A stretch of 64,000 nucleotides of DNA. It comes from Eledone cirrhosa. Taxonomy: Eukaryota. Below, piece after piece: positions 49,168 to 64,000 of the stretch. The notes below the pieces were generated by a model. The model did no database searches. It saw only the letters and a program-made list of their open reading frames with translations, and was not told the DNA's origin. Position 1 is the stretch's first letter. Every line of letters starts with the position of its first letter. The stretch covers positions 274,598,001 through 274,662,000 of the forward strand of contig OZ024742.1 in assembly GCA_964016885.1 (NCBI GenBank), written 5' to 3'. A program made the position numbers and the translations under genes.

Positions 49168-50227
49168 TTTTTTGTATATTTTGAAATATTGATGAAAGTT
49201 CATATTTCCCATTTTCACATACTTTCGTGATTTTATTTCCACTTCAAAGAGTTTCACTTCCTCTTATAAATTATGTTCCTATCTTTACTTTGAAATCTCT
49301 ATATTTGGAAGGGGTATGAAAATACTAAAGTAAAGTATAGCAATAAAATGTAGCACTGTTTAAACATATTTGGCTTTTTCTTCTTTTTCTTATTTTCTAC
49401 CTTGCAATATACATGTGCCTTTGTTTTTTTGCTTGAAAGGGATTCGCCCAGTATATTTTAGAAGCATGTATATCAATGATGCAAACAAATTTAACACTTC
49501 ATGATTCGTTTTTGAAAAAAATACCACTCACTTCATCTTTCTTTCTAGTAGCTGAGCTCAGTTTCTTTATCTGTTTCTCTATCCATCTGTATTTCACTTT
49601 AGTCTACTTTTCACATATAAATCCATGAACCAAAACAATCATTGATGCACTTAATTTCTCCTATGAATCCATTACTTCGTATCATTATTTTGATAATTTC
49701 ATATTTCTATGGAAAGGACATAATATTTAACGAGTGAAACAAATGTATTTACGCAACATTTACATCTTTCGGGCTAATATTGCATATTTTAGATTCATTA
49801 CATTCAATTTTAAAATGGCTTATAGTGAATTTGCGTAAACTAACTGCTCACAGATAAATTTATGTTAGGAAGTGATATTTCATGTCTTTTTTGAGAAAAA
49901 GGAGGACCCCTACCCTGGAAGGGAAAAGCTAATCCATTGCGCAAGCATCTGGTTTTAATACCATTAAAAAACACTAAAATAATGTATCCATTATATTATA
50001 TGAAGATTGGTAAAAGAATATTTTGTTGCAATTTCTAACGCAGGGACGTACGAATTCTTTCATAATTCAAGCAGAAATCCACACAGGGAGAAAGGGAACA
50101 GATATGGAGCTATTACGTTGCGTTTTGAGTTTCACATGTTCTATAACATTTAGACTACCGTTGGCAAATGTGCATCTCGCCGATCATCATTTCCAAGAAA
50201 AACATTAATGAATGGTTTGATATAATG

Positions 50228-50470
<243 letters not shown>

Positions 50471-50474
50471 ATGT

Positions 50475-51370
50475 ATGTAGATCAAGTGTATCCTGACAGA
50501 CAGAGCCCAATATGTTGTAGTCGAACGTGTAAAATCACGCCGAACCAAAGTCAGTAGTGGCGTTCCGCAAGGCACTGTGTTGGGTCCACTTCTTTTCATC
50601 ATCTATATAAATGACATTACTGACATCATCAAGCACAGCATCATAAGAATCTTTGCAGATGATTCCAAGCTTCAGAAGGTCATCAATTAAGGGGGGGTGA
50701 CCGGACATGCCTTCAATCAGACCTACTGGCTGGTCTCCAATGGGTGGAAAAGAACAATATGCTGCTGAATGAGGAGAAATTTGCGTTAATCAACTTTGTA
50801 AAAGAGGATACACTGACACTCCCTTAGTCTCTTCCTTCGGGTGAAACTCTCGTGGCATCCAACAACATCAGAGGCGTGGAAGTAATTGTGCACAACATAA
50901 GCTGGGCCACTCATATGAGTAGCAAAGTTAACATTGCCCGAAGTATGTATTTTTAGATTCTGCGTAGTCAGTGTAACATCATCTGCATGACGTGGAAAAT
51001 ATTCCTTAGGTATTGCTTAAATGATGTTGGTATCAACTTTAGGGTACACCCAAAGTTTGGGCCCCGAGACATCCGCCCACCTCAAAAATCACACCCTCAT
51101 CTCACAACAACAATACTACACGATTATTTCACCTCAATTGGCCCTGCTATCTTTAATATGACACCAAATCACATTAAAACAAAAGAAAAGACCCCATAAA
51201 GTTTAAGAATTCATTGGACAAATTCCTTCAAGAAATACCGAATAAACGTCCTACACCCAGATATTTCTCCGTGAACAATAACTCTCTACGTGATTGGGCC
51301 ATGGTGTCCAAATCTTGATTTGAAAGACCTTGCCAGGTCGTGCTATTAAGTTAGACACAACCTGGATCAA
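50475..51370 (+). mobile_element. CR1/L2-group LINE RT 3' fragment
   Basis: SGVPQGTVLGPLLFIIYINDI and IFADDSK motifs with decayed downstream sequence. Confidence 0.85.
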
Positions 51371-51416
51371 TACTGGCCGCATATATATATATATATATAA
51401 ATATATATATATGTAT

Positions 51417-51475
<59 letters not shown>

Positions 51476-51491
51476 AGACTAAAAATTCTAA

Positions 51492-51550
51492 TTTAATCCA
51501 GAAATAGCCGTCGAAACGGCTTGAGCTCTGCCGTCGGGATCATACATTTT

Positions 51551-51552
<2 letters not shown>
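51492..51552 (+). repeat. Short hairpin-bearing dispersed repeat (other copies ~58505-58640 and ~63765-63910)
   Basis: CCAGAAATAGCCGTCGAAACGGCT.GAGCTCTGC.GTC...CATTTTC shared by three loci. Confidence 0.8.
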
Positions 51553-51608
<56 letters not shown>

Positions 51609-51628
51609 TATATATATATATGTGTGTG

Positions 51629-51663
<35 letters not shown>

Positions 51664-52064
51664 TTGTGTGTGTGAGTGTGTGTGTGTGTGTGTATAGAAA
51701 TGAGAATTCGCTTCAAGCATAGCTTCATACAAATATGTATAGAAATTTCGTATTTCTAAAGAAACACGAATTTAGGAAGCCGTTGCTATGCAAACATCGG
51801 GGCTTACGCCTTCTGGTGGTGTCCAGCAAGGGGGACAACAGTCTATGAATTTCAGGCTTGACTGGGCTTCATCGGGACGGTCTCTCCCAACGCTGGCAAC
51901 TGCTGAACATGAAAACAGTCGAGAATATATAGTTTTCTCGTCTGTGTAAATGAGGTGATTAATATTATTTTCATATGAAGCTGCATCAGTTGGCTCAACG
52001 TATAATAGAATATAAATAAGATTTCGCTTCAAGCACAGTTTTATTCAAAAAATATGTATAGAAT

Positions 52065-52158
<94 letters not shown>

Positions 52159-52159
52159 T

Positions 52160-52195
<36 letters not shown>

Positions 52196-52196
52196 T

Positions 52197-52250
<54 letters not shown>

Positions 52251-52251
52251 T

Positions 52252-52310
<59 letters not shown>

Positions 52311-52339
52311 CATATAGAAATATATATATGTGAGTGGCC

Positions 52340-52900
52340 TGGCCCAGCTTATGTTGTGCACAATTACTTCCACGCCTCTGATGTTGTTGGATGCCACAAG
52401 AGTTTCACCCGAAGGAAGAGTGTATGGGAGTTTCAATTTAACCTCTTTTCCAAAGTTGATTAACGCAAATTTCTCCTCATTCAGCAGCATATTGTTCTTT
52501 TCCACCCATTGGATAACAGCCAGTAGATCTGATTGAAGGCATGTCCGGTCACCCACTTCGTTGATGACCTTCTGGAACTTGGAACCATCTGCAAAGATTC
52601 TTATGATGCTGTGCTTGATGATGTCAGTAATGTCATTTATATATATGATAAAAAGAAGTGGACCCAACACAGTGCCTTGCGGAACGCCACTACTGACTTT
52701 GGCCCGGCGTGATTTTACACGTTCGACTACAACATTTTGGGCTCTGTCACTCAGGATAAACTTGATCCATTGCAGTAACTTTCTAGAGACACCAATGTTG
52801 GATTGTTCTTTCACTAGAATCTTGTGATCAACCCTGACAAAGGCCTTGCTGAAATCAAGATGGAAGACATTAGTGTTGTACCCCTCTCCTAAGCTCTTTC
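52340..52900 (-). mobile_element. CR1/L2-group LINE RT fragment, inverted relative to 50475-50910
   Basis: LDFSKAFVRVDH, SGVPQGTVLGPLLFIIYIND, IFADGSK in and around ORF 52158..52814. Confidence 0.88.
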
Positions 52901-53129
52901 ACATTAAACGGATCCTCAGTTCAGCTTGAATGAGATTATACAGAAAAGGAAAACGATTGCGCAAATAGACATGCGCTGAAGATATTCTCAAAGTTAGATC
53001 GATACGAGAAGGGCGACTGCAAAAGATCAGAATGCAATAGATTATTCATGATACTAGGTCTAGGGATGTTACGTCCCATAATCAGACGTGGCCTTCAAAA
53101 TTACGTAATAGATGTTTCGAAACGTGGGG

Positions 53130-53660
53130 ACAGCGTGAGTAGAAATCAAATTTAGTGTTTTGACAATCGCTATTACGTAACTCTTCAGGGAGTTGATTCT
53201 TTCTTCAATGCACAGTTCACAAGACAGTTTTCCACATCTGTGTGGCTTAGACCTAATTTTAACTTTCCATTAGATTGATTAATCTACGCCTCCGTCCTTG
53301 AAGGACCATATCTGTCTTGCGAGCATCGTGGATGATGTTTCTCCGGGTGTCTAAATGTTAACAGATGATTCAGGAAGCGTTCTTTAAACCGGGCCTCTAC
53401 CATACCTACATAGGATTTGACATCTTGTTGTTGATTTGGTCGGTTAGAAGTGACTAGAGCTTCATAAATTACAGCGGGTGTGTTGCACTGTTGCTGAAGG
53501 GGGCAAGCTTCAGACCTTCAGCAAGAGCATTCTGCTCGGGTTGTGCTCTTAGGGTTGTTGGTGATGTGGGACGACATATTTTTAGCACAGGAGTATGTGT
53601 CTGTTAAAGATGGAACGGTATATATGACCTATCGGGAAGTGCCTATCTAGGAGAGCTAAA
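53130..53660 (-). mobile_element. Penelope-like GIY-YIG 3' fragment
   Basis: CPLQQQCNTPAVIYEALV...YVGMVEARFKERFLNHLLTFRH...CELCIEE read on the minus strand. Confidence 0.75.
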
Positions 53661-54109
53661 TATCTTTTACCTACATTAGTTTTAACGTTGAGTGAGAAGG
53701 GGGGAGAGAAGCAAATTTATTTTTTGTTTGCACGAACACTTTTTTTTCATTGGTGTTCGTGTTAGGAAGGGAGTAAGCAATTGACTCCGAGAAGCCGCTA
53801 TTAGTTTTAATAGGTGCCGCTCTGTCAAAGATGACAGTATTATTTCCTTTAAAGCGAGCCGCTGAGCCGTTTGTGGCTAAACAAATTATTCTCAGAAATG
53901 GTGTATTAAGTATTGTGGAATTATTTCTTGCCAACTCGTCTCGTGGACTGAGTGCTCTACTACTGCGGATATAACCCACCAATGTTGTTCCATTATATAT
54001 ATATATATATAAATTTTGAGTATATGTTGGTTGTATACCAACACCTCAGTATGCAGATTGGAGCACTCGACGAAGTGCGCAGTTTGGTTTGGTTACTCCG
54101 GAGTAATGT

Positions 54110-54604
<495 letters not shown>

Positions 54605-54917
54605 CACGTGTGTGTGTCTGCACGCGCGCGTGTGTGTGTGTGCACGCGCGCACGTGTGTGTGTGTGTGCACGCGCGCGTGTGTGTGTGCGTATGTACGTG
54701 TGTGTGCGTGTGTGTGTTTTTTAACGTATGATTTCATGTATTGAGTCAAAAATAATTTCTGTTTTTGAAAAGCAAGTTGCAACAAGGCATTTCAAACTTT
54801 CAATATTTTAAATGCAATCTGACATTACCTGATTAGAGAGAGTATTCACCGGTCATTCTTATTTCATTAGTTAAAGAGAGTGCATCATAATTTAATATAT
54901 GATTTCATGCCCCTAAA

Positions 54918-55760
54918 ATGGAGGAACTGAAAGTACATATACGACATTTAATGTTGTGGGAGTTTAAGAATAAAAAAACGCTTTCGAAAGAGCTTGGAAA
55001 ATTTGTAGTGTTTACTGACCGCCAAGTCCGAAATTGGTTTTCAAAGTTTCCTTCTGGGTATACGTCATTGAGAGACGAATCCACATCAGGACGTTTATCA
55101 GAACTCGGTCAAGATGCTGTAAGAGAATTGGTGGAATGCAATCCACGGATATGTACTCACGAAAAAGCACGTGACCTCAACGCATCCCAATCCACAAACT
55201 GTCGCAACTTGGAGAAAATAGGAAAAAAGGAGAAAGCTGGGCGTTTGGGTTCCTTAATACTAGTAGTGTCAAGAATATGGAAGATCCCATATTCATGGCT
55301 ACCAGTCTTTTCTCAAAGCCGTTTCTAAAGAGAATCATTACAGGGGATGAAAAATAGGTCTTTTATAACAATATTCAATGCCAAAGGCAATGGTTTGACA
55401 AGATAAATCTCCGCAAACTACCACAAAGGTGGAGCTTAATAGAAGAAACTTTATGATGTTTGTGTGGTGGGATCACCACGGTATTATTCATTTTGAGTTA
55501 TTAAACCGCAACAGGCACTCAATACAGACCTATACTCTCGAAAGATGCACCGCTTGAAAGAAATTTTTCTAAGAAAACGCCCCCCAACAGAATGAACGTA
55601 GAGTTTCTCCATGACAACTCAAAGTTATATTCAACACGAATCACGCAGGAACAATTATTAGATTTAGCCTGGCCTGTTCTACCCCAGCCACCATAACCAC
55701 TAGATATTGCACCAAATGATTTCCCTCTTTTTCCTTCTCTATAAAATTCTCTGAATGTCA
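54918..55760 (+). pseudogene. Mariner (Tc1/mariner) transposase relic
   Basis: HIRHLMLWEFK, VRNWFSKF...SLRDE..SGR, FLKRIITGDEK, VWWD..GIIHFE, LHDN and a PP.PLDIAPNDF (YSPDLAP-like) motif; TIRs not identified. Confidence 0.88.
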
Positions 55761-56229
55761 ACATTTTTCTCAAGAAGATATATAAAAATATGGGAATTGT
55801 TTTAAGAATAATATTTTTCTAGATATAGATACAGCTGAATTACAAGAATATCTTCGCTTTTAACTGAATATGTGGTGTTTGAAACGACTGAATGCCATAT
55901 ATGAAACCTCTGCGTGGGTACGATTTGTGATATTTGTTTCAAATATTTTACATATATATCGGCAGATTGAAAGGGCAAATAAAAGATTGTAGTAAATCAT
56001 GGGTTTCAGTGATTTGATTTCATTCTAAATACTATTAGATTTCATAATGTCCTGATAACATTGGAGCTCAATCGCGCCCGTCATTATTTCTAAATTTATT
56101 TCAGAAGGCCTACATTATTTACCAGGACACTTCAAAAGTATATTTAATTTTTCCTATTATTCATTGGTTTGTTTATTTCGTCCCTTGTATAAACAATGGG
56201 CTTTATCTATTTCCATACCAGCTAATATG

Positions 56230-56324
<95 letters not shown>

Positions 56325-56674
56325 ATAAGCAATATTATCGCATTTTTTTTCATAACAAACTGGGATTAGTCACAAATAATAGTAAGCACTCAAGGAAAAT
56401 TCCAAGTATAAATATATAAATGAAAATAGAGAAATTAATGTAAGCAAAAAGCCGACAATAATTCAGACATATAAGTGACTATAGCCTCAAGATGAAACAT
56501 TTTTAACATAAGATATGGGATAAATAATTCATCCTAATTCAAAACAAGTCAAGAAGAAAAATTTTAACCTCAGATTTTGTGTAAGCTGGGGAAAAAAAAC
56601 CATACAATCTTAACTCAAAATAAAATCAAGAACGAAATACTTACCCTTCAATTTGGGGAAATCTACAAATGAAC

Positions 56675-56712
<38 letters not shown>

Positions 56713-56731
56713 TATATACATATATATGTAT

Positions 56732-56766
<35 letters not shown>

Positions 56767-56772
56767 CACATG

Positions 56773-56838
<66 letters not shown>

Positions 56839-56984
56839 GTGTTTGTGTGTATATATATATATATATATATATAGTGCTTGATTTGGGAGAGGAGAGAGAA
56901 AGAGAGAGAGTGAGAGAAAATGTTTTATCATGGTGGTTGAGGTGGAAAATTATGAGCTTATTACGTTACTGTTATTTCATTTTA

Positions 56985-57065
56985 ACAATTGACAATTCAG
57001 GTAAAATGAAAGGTAAAGTTCTCCATGGCTAGAATTGAACTCAGAACATAAAGCACCGTAACTAA
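56985..57065 (-). mobile_element. Highly decayed SINE fragment
   Basis: ATGAAAGGTAAAGTT...TTGAACTCAGAA...CGTAACT resembles the reverse complement of the SINE unit. Confidence 0.5.
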
Positions 57066-58435
57066 ATGTTAGGACAAAATCTCTTCTATTAGGTTGTCTA
57101 ATTTTGATTTACGACACAAAATAAAATTTAGATCAATTCAAAAGTATAAACAAGTTCATTCCAGTTCTCGTTATACATTATTTATTCGGGATGAACAAAA
57201 AATCCCTTATAAGGATAGAAATATTGAAATATTCTATTACGTTATTTAATTGGAAGAAATGAAATTTTGATTTATTGAATTATCAAATTGCGAGGCAAAG
57301 TGACTATATTTTTTACAATTATTGGAAAAACGACGATTGTAACTCTTGAATATTTATAACTATTGGGGTTTTAATCCAATAAAGGAATTACACGCACGCA
57401 CTAACACACATGTTCACACATACATATATATACATATATTTAAAATGTAGGCGGCCCAGCTTAATTGATTATAATAAATCGTTCATTAAAAGTAATAGTT
57501 AATGAAGTACAGTATTTCCTTACTGGCCGGAATGTGTCACCATCAAACCCCCCTGTATTTAGTTATTGAGCATTTCATTTTACAATAAGTATATTTTTCG
57601 TAAGGTTGTTTGCTTCAGTGATGCGCACACATGTATGGATATGATAGCATTGTCTTACTATTCCCGCCCGTTGTTTGTTTACATGAATATATTTTACTTT
57701 CTTCCGTGGGACAAGGATTATTGATTCTGTTATTGACGTTTCTATAGGCTACATTATAAATTTCTGTTTAATCTGCATTATTGTAGTGTATATTCTTTAT
57801 ATGGGTGGTTTTAGTTATGTTTCTGACTAGATTTTTCAATAAATTTGAGTTTATTTTCCAGTGTACATGTTCGATATTTAGTTTTACTCAACTATGACGT
57901 ATCTTTTCTAGTTTTACATTGTATATGTTAATTTATATATAGCATGGAGATAGATAGTGTCGGATATAGTGCATGGCTCTGTTCGATATGCGTAACATAT
58001 ATATGTATAAGAGAGTATTTTAATTTGCTTCAGGCATTGTGCAAATTGTAAAAGAATAATTTATTACAGAAAGTTACAGAAATGAAAATGAGACATACAT
58101 TTTTTTAAATATAATGAAAAGGTGGAGGAGAATATCTCAGAGATGTATAATAGTTCTCATCAATCGGGATAAAATCCCATCAACAAAAGAATAAATGAAG
58201 AAACTAATTTGGGGCAGGATATCTTTACTCGTTCTCATGCTGCAAATTTAAACTAAAAGGTCGTAACTTTTCCCACGCTGGAAGTGTTGAATTGTTCGAT
58301 TCTGAAAAGTGTTTTTGTCTTCCGAAGAATTTTAGCCGATTTCTTCAACCACTATTTATAGTTTATCACCTTGTGACGGTTTCCCACAAAAGCATACATA
58401 AACATGTTTTCGAACATATGGGATATATATATGTG

Positions 58436-58477
<42 letters not shown>

Positions 58478-59640
58478 CGTATATATAAATATATATATAC
58501 ATATTTCGACGGCTATTTCTGGACATCCTTAAATAGCCGTCGAAGCGGCTTGAGCTCTGCCGTCGGGGTCATACATTTTCCTATTACCCACTCTACTACG
58601 CTAAGTATTAGTACTCTGGTGCGTTATCGTCCATCTGGTTTCTTATCACAACTCCTTCGTTATATATATATCTATATATCTATATCTATATATATATATA
58701 TATATATATGCGTGGTGGTGTGGTGGGATGTCGGTGGAGTGTGTATGTATAATACTAAATGAAAATGCATTTTGTTAACTCATAGCATGATGGAAGTAAT
58801 TTTGATTGTTGTTCAACTATGATTTCAATGTTAAAAAAAGTATACTTGGCAAATATTGAGTTGTTTCTTTCTTAAAATGTATAGCTTTGTGCTGATTTCA
58901 GAAATCACAATAATTATCATATAGTTGCCCATATTTTAATCGATTCATGTCATTTCCTATTTATATTTTCAGAACTATTACCAATATCTTCCCATTATCA
59001 TCTTTATGATCTTCGTTTCATTATTATCATCACCATAATTTATTTTTATCATAATCATCATCATCAATATCGATTTTAACCTTATCGATGTTATCATTAT
59101 TTATAATATCATTATCGGCAACCTTACAAAAATGATGATGATAGTTATCATCATCATCATCCTTATCATCATCATCATCATCATAATTATCATCATTAGT
59201 ACCATTACTAAAGCTATCATTCAAATTATAAACCATGTATTAGAATTATCGTTTTCTCATTATTGTTTAATACATTACATTAATTTATGTTTACAATTTA
59301 TAATGAAATAACATTTCTCCTCTTGCTAAATTTGTCTTAAATGTTCCACTCAATGATGCAGCAAATTAAAATAATGGAACAGTATGATGTGTAGCGGATC
59401 TGTCCTTAGAAGTGGTATTCCGAATTGTGAACGTTGCATTACATACAGAGCAGCTAGGAAACACACAAAAACATTTGGAACAGCGAGATTTCAATAAAAA
59501 AAAACGATAAAACCACTGCACGGAAAATTTGATTCTACCGCAAATGAAGCAATTGTAAAATAATAAATGATACAAGTTGAAACTAGAACAATAAGGAGGA
59601 CCACTCCATATCCTTTTACTACTACTACTACTACTACTGT

Positions 59641-59677
<37 letters not shown>

Positions 59678-59895
59678 GTTGTTACTGCTACTCCTCTTCC
59701 CCCTCCTTTGACAACTGATGCTGCTGCTGTTAATATGGCAAAGATGAATTTACAAAATCATTTGAAGAACATAGGAAACTCTGCAATAAATCAATATTTA
59801 TTTGCTTTCTAATAAACGAAGTAATGAAAAGATTGGTGATGAAACAATATCAGTAACATTTTTCATATTCGTCTTATTTACTATTGTTATTATGA

Positions 59896-60078
59896 TAATT
59901 GTTTCTACTTTTGGCACAAGGCCACTAATTATCCCAGTAAGTTACTGGTACTTTATTTTATCGACCTCGTAAGGATGAAAGGCAAAGTTAACCTTGGTGG
60001 GATTTGAACACAGAACATAAGGGGACGTAACAATGCTGTAAAGCATGGTGTCCGAGCCTCTACCGATACTGCCAATTC
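59896..60078 (-). mobile_element. tRNA-derived SINE, near full length
   Basis: Reverse complement of the unit at 44577-44755 including A and B boxes. Confidence 0.88.
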
Positions 60079-60559
60079 ATCATGATAATGCTGGTTAATG
60101 GCGGAGATGATGACCATAATAAGGATGACGAAGAAGACTCTTCTTCTTCTTCTTCTTCTTCTTCTTCTTCTATGGGCTATCAGAAACAAGATGATGAGTC
60201 TCATTTAAGAGAAAATTAGAATAGTATCAGTAAGTTTCAGCAATGTGTTAGCCACAGAATCCAGAGGAGTAGGTAAATAATTAGTCAGTCGTTTAGAAGA
60301 CACACATTGAAGAGACATCACAACTTACATACTAGCATCGAGAATAATCTCTTACATGTTTTGCATTGGCTATGTTGTGTGTGCAACGGCCAATGCATGA
60401 AAATATAATTCTTTAAGAGCTGTTTACAGGCCTAGGTTACAGACGCACATCACAACATTTTGACCTTTGTTGCAATGCGGTTGTGTGCGATTTTCCAGCT
60501 GCACTTTCCATAACGTTTTGTAACCGGCCCGTCTCGAAATCAGAAAAGAATGTTGCGGA

Positions 60560-61750
60560 AACCGATCTAAGCAGATGAAGAGCAGATGAAAATGCTTAGC
60601 CAGTGTGTGAGGGCCAAATCACCTGCAGTGAATAATCTCCCGTATGAGATATACTTCTACATACTGAATTTGAACTTGTGTGATTCGGTCTTGGCAACTG
60701 TGTAATGCTAGTCAATTGGTGTCTGCAGACTGGGGGCTACCACAGTTGTGTAAGCCCTTGAATGGTGATTCGGGTAAAACAAGGATCCGATTGTGGTATT
60801 GTAAACTTAAGCCCAATAAATTTACGGAATATAATTTTGGAAAAGATGATTGCCAACAGGTTGTAGTTTTTCATTAGTAATGTATTTGGAGATGCACCGA
60901 TATGTGCTATTCCTAGCACATTTATCCATGGCAACAATATCTCATGAGAATCACTGTACCGTTTACTCAGAGTATACATGATATTTGCAGCATATTTGCC
61001 AATTTAGATCAGTATAAAGTTGTCGACAGAGTTAACTACTGCTACCCAGAGAGTATCTTAATTACATCTGTGTTCTGCCTCGCATTTACTGCGTTTTACA
61101 TCTGCACCCGAGAATAGAAATCTTAAGATAATTTCTGCTTGACACGGCTGGCAGAAGAGTTGGGTCTGTGTATGCAGATGTCTAAACAATCATGGTGTCA
61201 GACACTTAAAATATAGAGGCAGTAAGCATCATACCGGTAAAATACCAGCAAGTTGCTTCAGCTCGCATTAACTGGGACAAGTCAGTGAATGAGCAACTAG
61301 GTAGTAGAGCGGCAGTCACAGACCAAAAACCGGAAGTTTTTGCAGCTGGGGCCACAGCTCAGTTAATCTGCTTGTAGGTTGGTTCGGAACGAACCACCAG
61401 GTGGACACGGCCTGGGAGGAGGTCATGAATAATTTAGCTAATATCACTTAGAAGTGGGCTGAGAGAAAGATACACCTCAAATATCAGGTGGTGCTTGCTA
61501 ACACCAACATCGTTTTGGTGATACACTACTGCTTGACCGTCATACTATGACCCAGAACACCTGACCAGATTGATACGCATGCTCTTCACCTTTTGTATAA
61601 AGAGCAAGTCTCGTTGGAATAAAATCGATGTGATATCAAGAATACTTCCATTCTGGCTTAGCGATGTCATCGCTAATGATACGCAGAATTACCACAATAC
61701 CGAGATGACGTTGAACTGAAAGTAAGTTCAACCTGTGTGGGGGGTCTTTC
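60560..61750 (+). pseudogene. Old, heavily decayed Tx1/L1-like RT
   Basis: Short colinear peptides KSPAVNNLPYEIY, ICAIPSTFIHGN, NLDQYKVVDRV, YADV and LLVGWFGTNHQVDTAWEEV; most match QTCAIPARSIHDN, NLDQSKAFDMV, YADD and LLGVWFGPDLQVEKNWDEV of 2697..4634. Confidence 0.75.
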
Positions 61751-63058
61751 TTACAACATGTCTTTCAGCAGCTGGTGTTATTGAGTAAGCTGCAGTCATA
61801 GTTGGATGATACGCATCTACAGTACTGCAAGGAGCTCATGGCACTTACCAACAGAACAACTGCTCCTATTGTAATAGAGTGAACATTCTTTCTATATCAT
61901 ATATCAGGGTAACTCCTTATTTTCCGAGTATGGTATAACGAGAACATTTTCTCAGTGAAATCTCGATAACTGTGCCACGTATTTCGATTCTTACGTGTTT
62001 ATATATATGTGTGTGTATTTGTGTATGTGTATGTGTATGTGTGTGTTTGTGTGTTTGTTCTCAGTATTCTTATATCCTTTCTCACTTCATTTCTCTCTTA
62101 TATATTTATGGTTCTATGTTTGTAATTTAATCGTTGCAGCATCTGTCAAATTCAAGAAAAGATTCGATTGCAACCCCGTGTTGGAATTTAGAAACAAAGT
62201 AAACGTTCCTCTTTTTTATTCTCCAGGCGTTATAGAATTGCCATATTCCATAGTGTATTTACTTAAGGCCATTTACGTTCTCAGCATAGATCTCGCAAAT
62301 GTCAGCTTTACATTATATCCTCTTAGTCAATTAGGAAATTGATATAATCGACAAATCCTCCAACATTTTCTGCGACGCTGCTTATATAAGAATATTTCAT
62401 GTGCCCCACTTCTTAGTTTAACTCCTGATAACACCGATAAGTGAAAATTACTAGGGCTGTTTTAATCGAAATTACCTCTGAACAGATGATCCGAAACCAG
62501 ATTACATCTTTATTGCTTAGCCTTTATCCAAAACCAAATTCCGTCTTTATTGTTTAGTCTCACTAACAGAACAATGCTCGTATCCATTTGTATTTTGGAC
62601 TCGTAAAAGAGTGTTTATGTCTGGTTTGCTTTTTCATAAACATGAGTTGGATTTATTTCTGTTATTACCTCATAGAAAGGTTCTCGGTAGCTCATGATTG
62701 TTCTTGTTTTCATAAGAAATAATGCAGACATCATCACTAACTGCATTTATATGCATATATTATGTATATATTTATTCATTCATATTTATTTATCGCATTA
62801 CATCACTCATTGAAATAGTAATTTAATACGATACAGTAATTAACTAAAAGAAACAGAACTTGTAAATATATCTACAGCGTTCATGTTCATTCGGGGAACA
62901 TTAAACATTTAAACAATAACTACCAACAGAGAAATATATTGTCCATCACGGTTCGAAATAATAGGCAATCAATATGGTACTGAAACAAATTATGTCACAT
63001 TCCAATATAATTCATTCATAAATGAGAATATAAATTAAATATTATATGAAGGTAGGAT

Positions 63059-63126
<68 letters not shown>

Positions 63127-63288
63127 AAAAAGTTTAACCCGACTAAATTTCAAAGTTCATTTAATCTAAGCGAACATACAATTTTACAATTTTTAAATAG
63201 CTGGCTATATTAACATGCTCGGCTAAAGGATGGTGATGTCTGAAAATGTGGTCAGGTGTTTACAATCACCCACCCTCCCACGCGCACA

Positions 63289-63355
<67 letters not shown>

Positions 63356-63908
63356 TGTTGAAAAGGTAACACACTAGAGAGAGAAAGTGTGCCATCAATA
63401 AAACAGGGAAAACCACCAGTGTATGGAATCTATACTCTATGGAAGGCAGGCTAGCCACACAATAATTAAAAATATAAATTAAAATGTAAATACGCACATC
63501 AATAACTATATAACACACGCGTACAAATCCAAAGAGATGTTTCGCCAGAAAGTTGTTGACTGAAATGGAATAGCCTATGGCTCATCAACGCGTGCAAGAC
63601 TATTGGTTGAAGAAATAAAGGTTTCCAGTTGTGTCTGAATGTACCAGGATGTAGTTGGTGCTTTCATACTCCGTTATTTTGCTACGGATTGTAGGAATCG
63701 GTTGTGTCCCATATAAGGAATTACCCCTTGAAAAGTTCGGCTATTTATTACCATGGTAAATATCTAATTTAGTCCAGAAATAGCCGTCGAAACGGCTAGA
63801 GCTCTGCTGTCTGCGTTAAACATTTTCCTATTACCCATTCTAGTACCCTGAGTATTGAGTACTCTGGTGAGTTCTGGTCCGTCTGATTCCTTACCACACT
63901 TCCTCTGT

Positions 63909-64000
<92 letters not shown>

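Noticed and set aside
54780-55860. Terminal inverted repeats for the mariner relic
   Set aside because: No convincing TIR pair seen, so only the transposase remnant is reported.
59567-59812. Poly-Thr/poly-Ala ORF as a possible host exon
   Set aside because: Explained by (ACT)n/(GCT)n repeats; no domain or splice support. Small host exons elsewhere cannot be excluded without RNA data.

Overview
AT-rich, microsatellite-laden eukaryotic DNA made almost entirely of nested transposable elements; no host gene, rRNA, tRNA or CRISPR array could be supported. The repeat mix would fit a mollusc/cephalopod genome, but that is inference only. Bases 1-24 kb are a dense non-LTR cluster organised around (TAA)n/(ATT)n tracts: Tx1/L1-like pieces, two near-identical copies of one R4/Dong-type RLE family (A), four copies or fragments of a second family (B), and a non-autonomous Helitron whose empty site is also in the window. 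Bases 24-37 kb and 45-55 kb hold decayed Penelope-like elements and many short inverted duplications, several carrying type I hammerhead ribozyme motifs. Bases 37-43.5 kb are a three-level nest: a SINE inside a Vingi/Ingi-like LINE inside a CRE-clade LINE. The Vingi has a twin-priming-type 5' inversion whose end folds as an HDV/CPEB3-like ribozyme. There is also a SINE tandem array, inverted CR1-like fragments, a mariner relic and an old Tx1 relic. Identities are judged by eye and boundaries are approximate unless a TSD or terminal motif is quoted.
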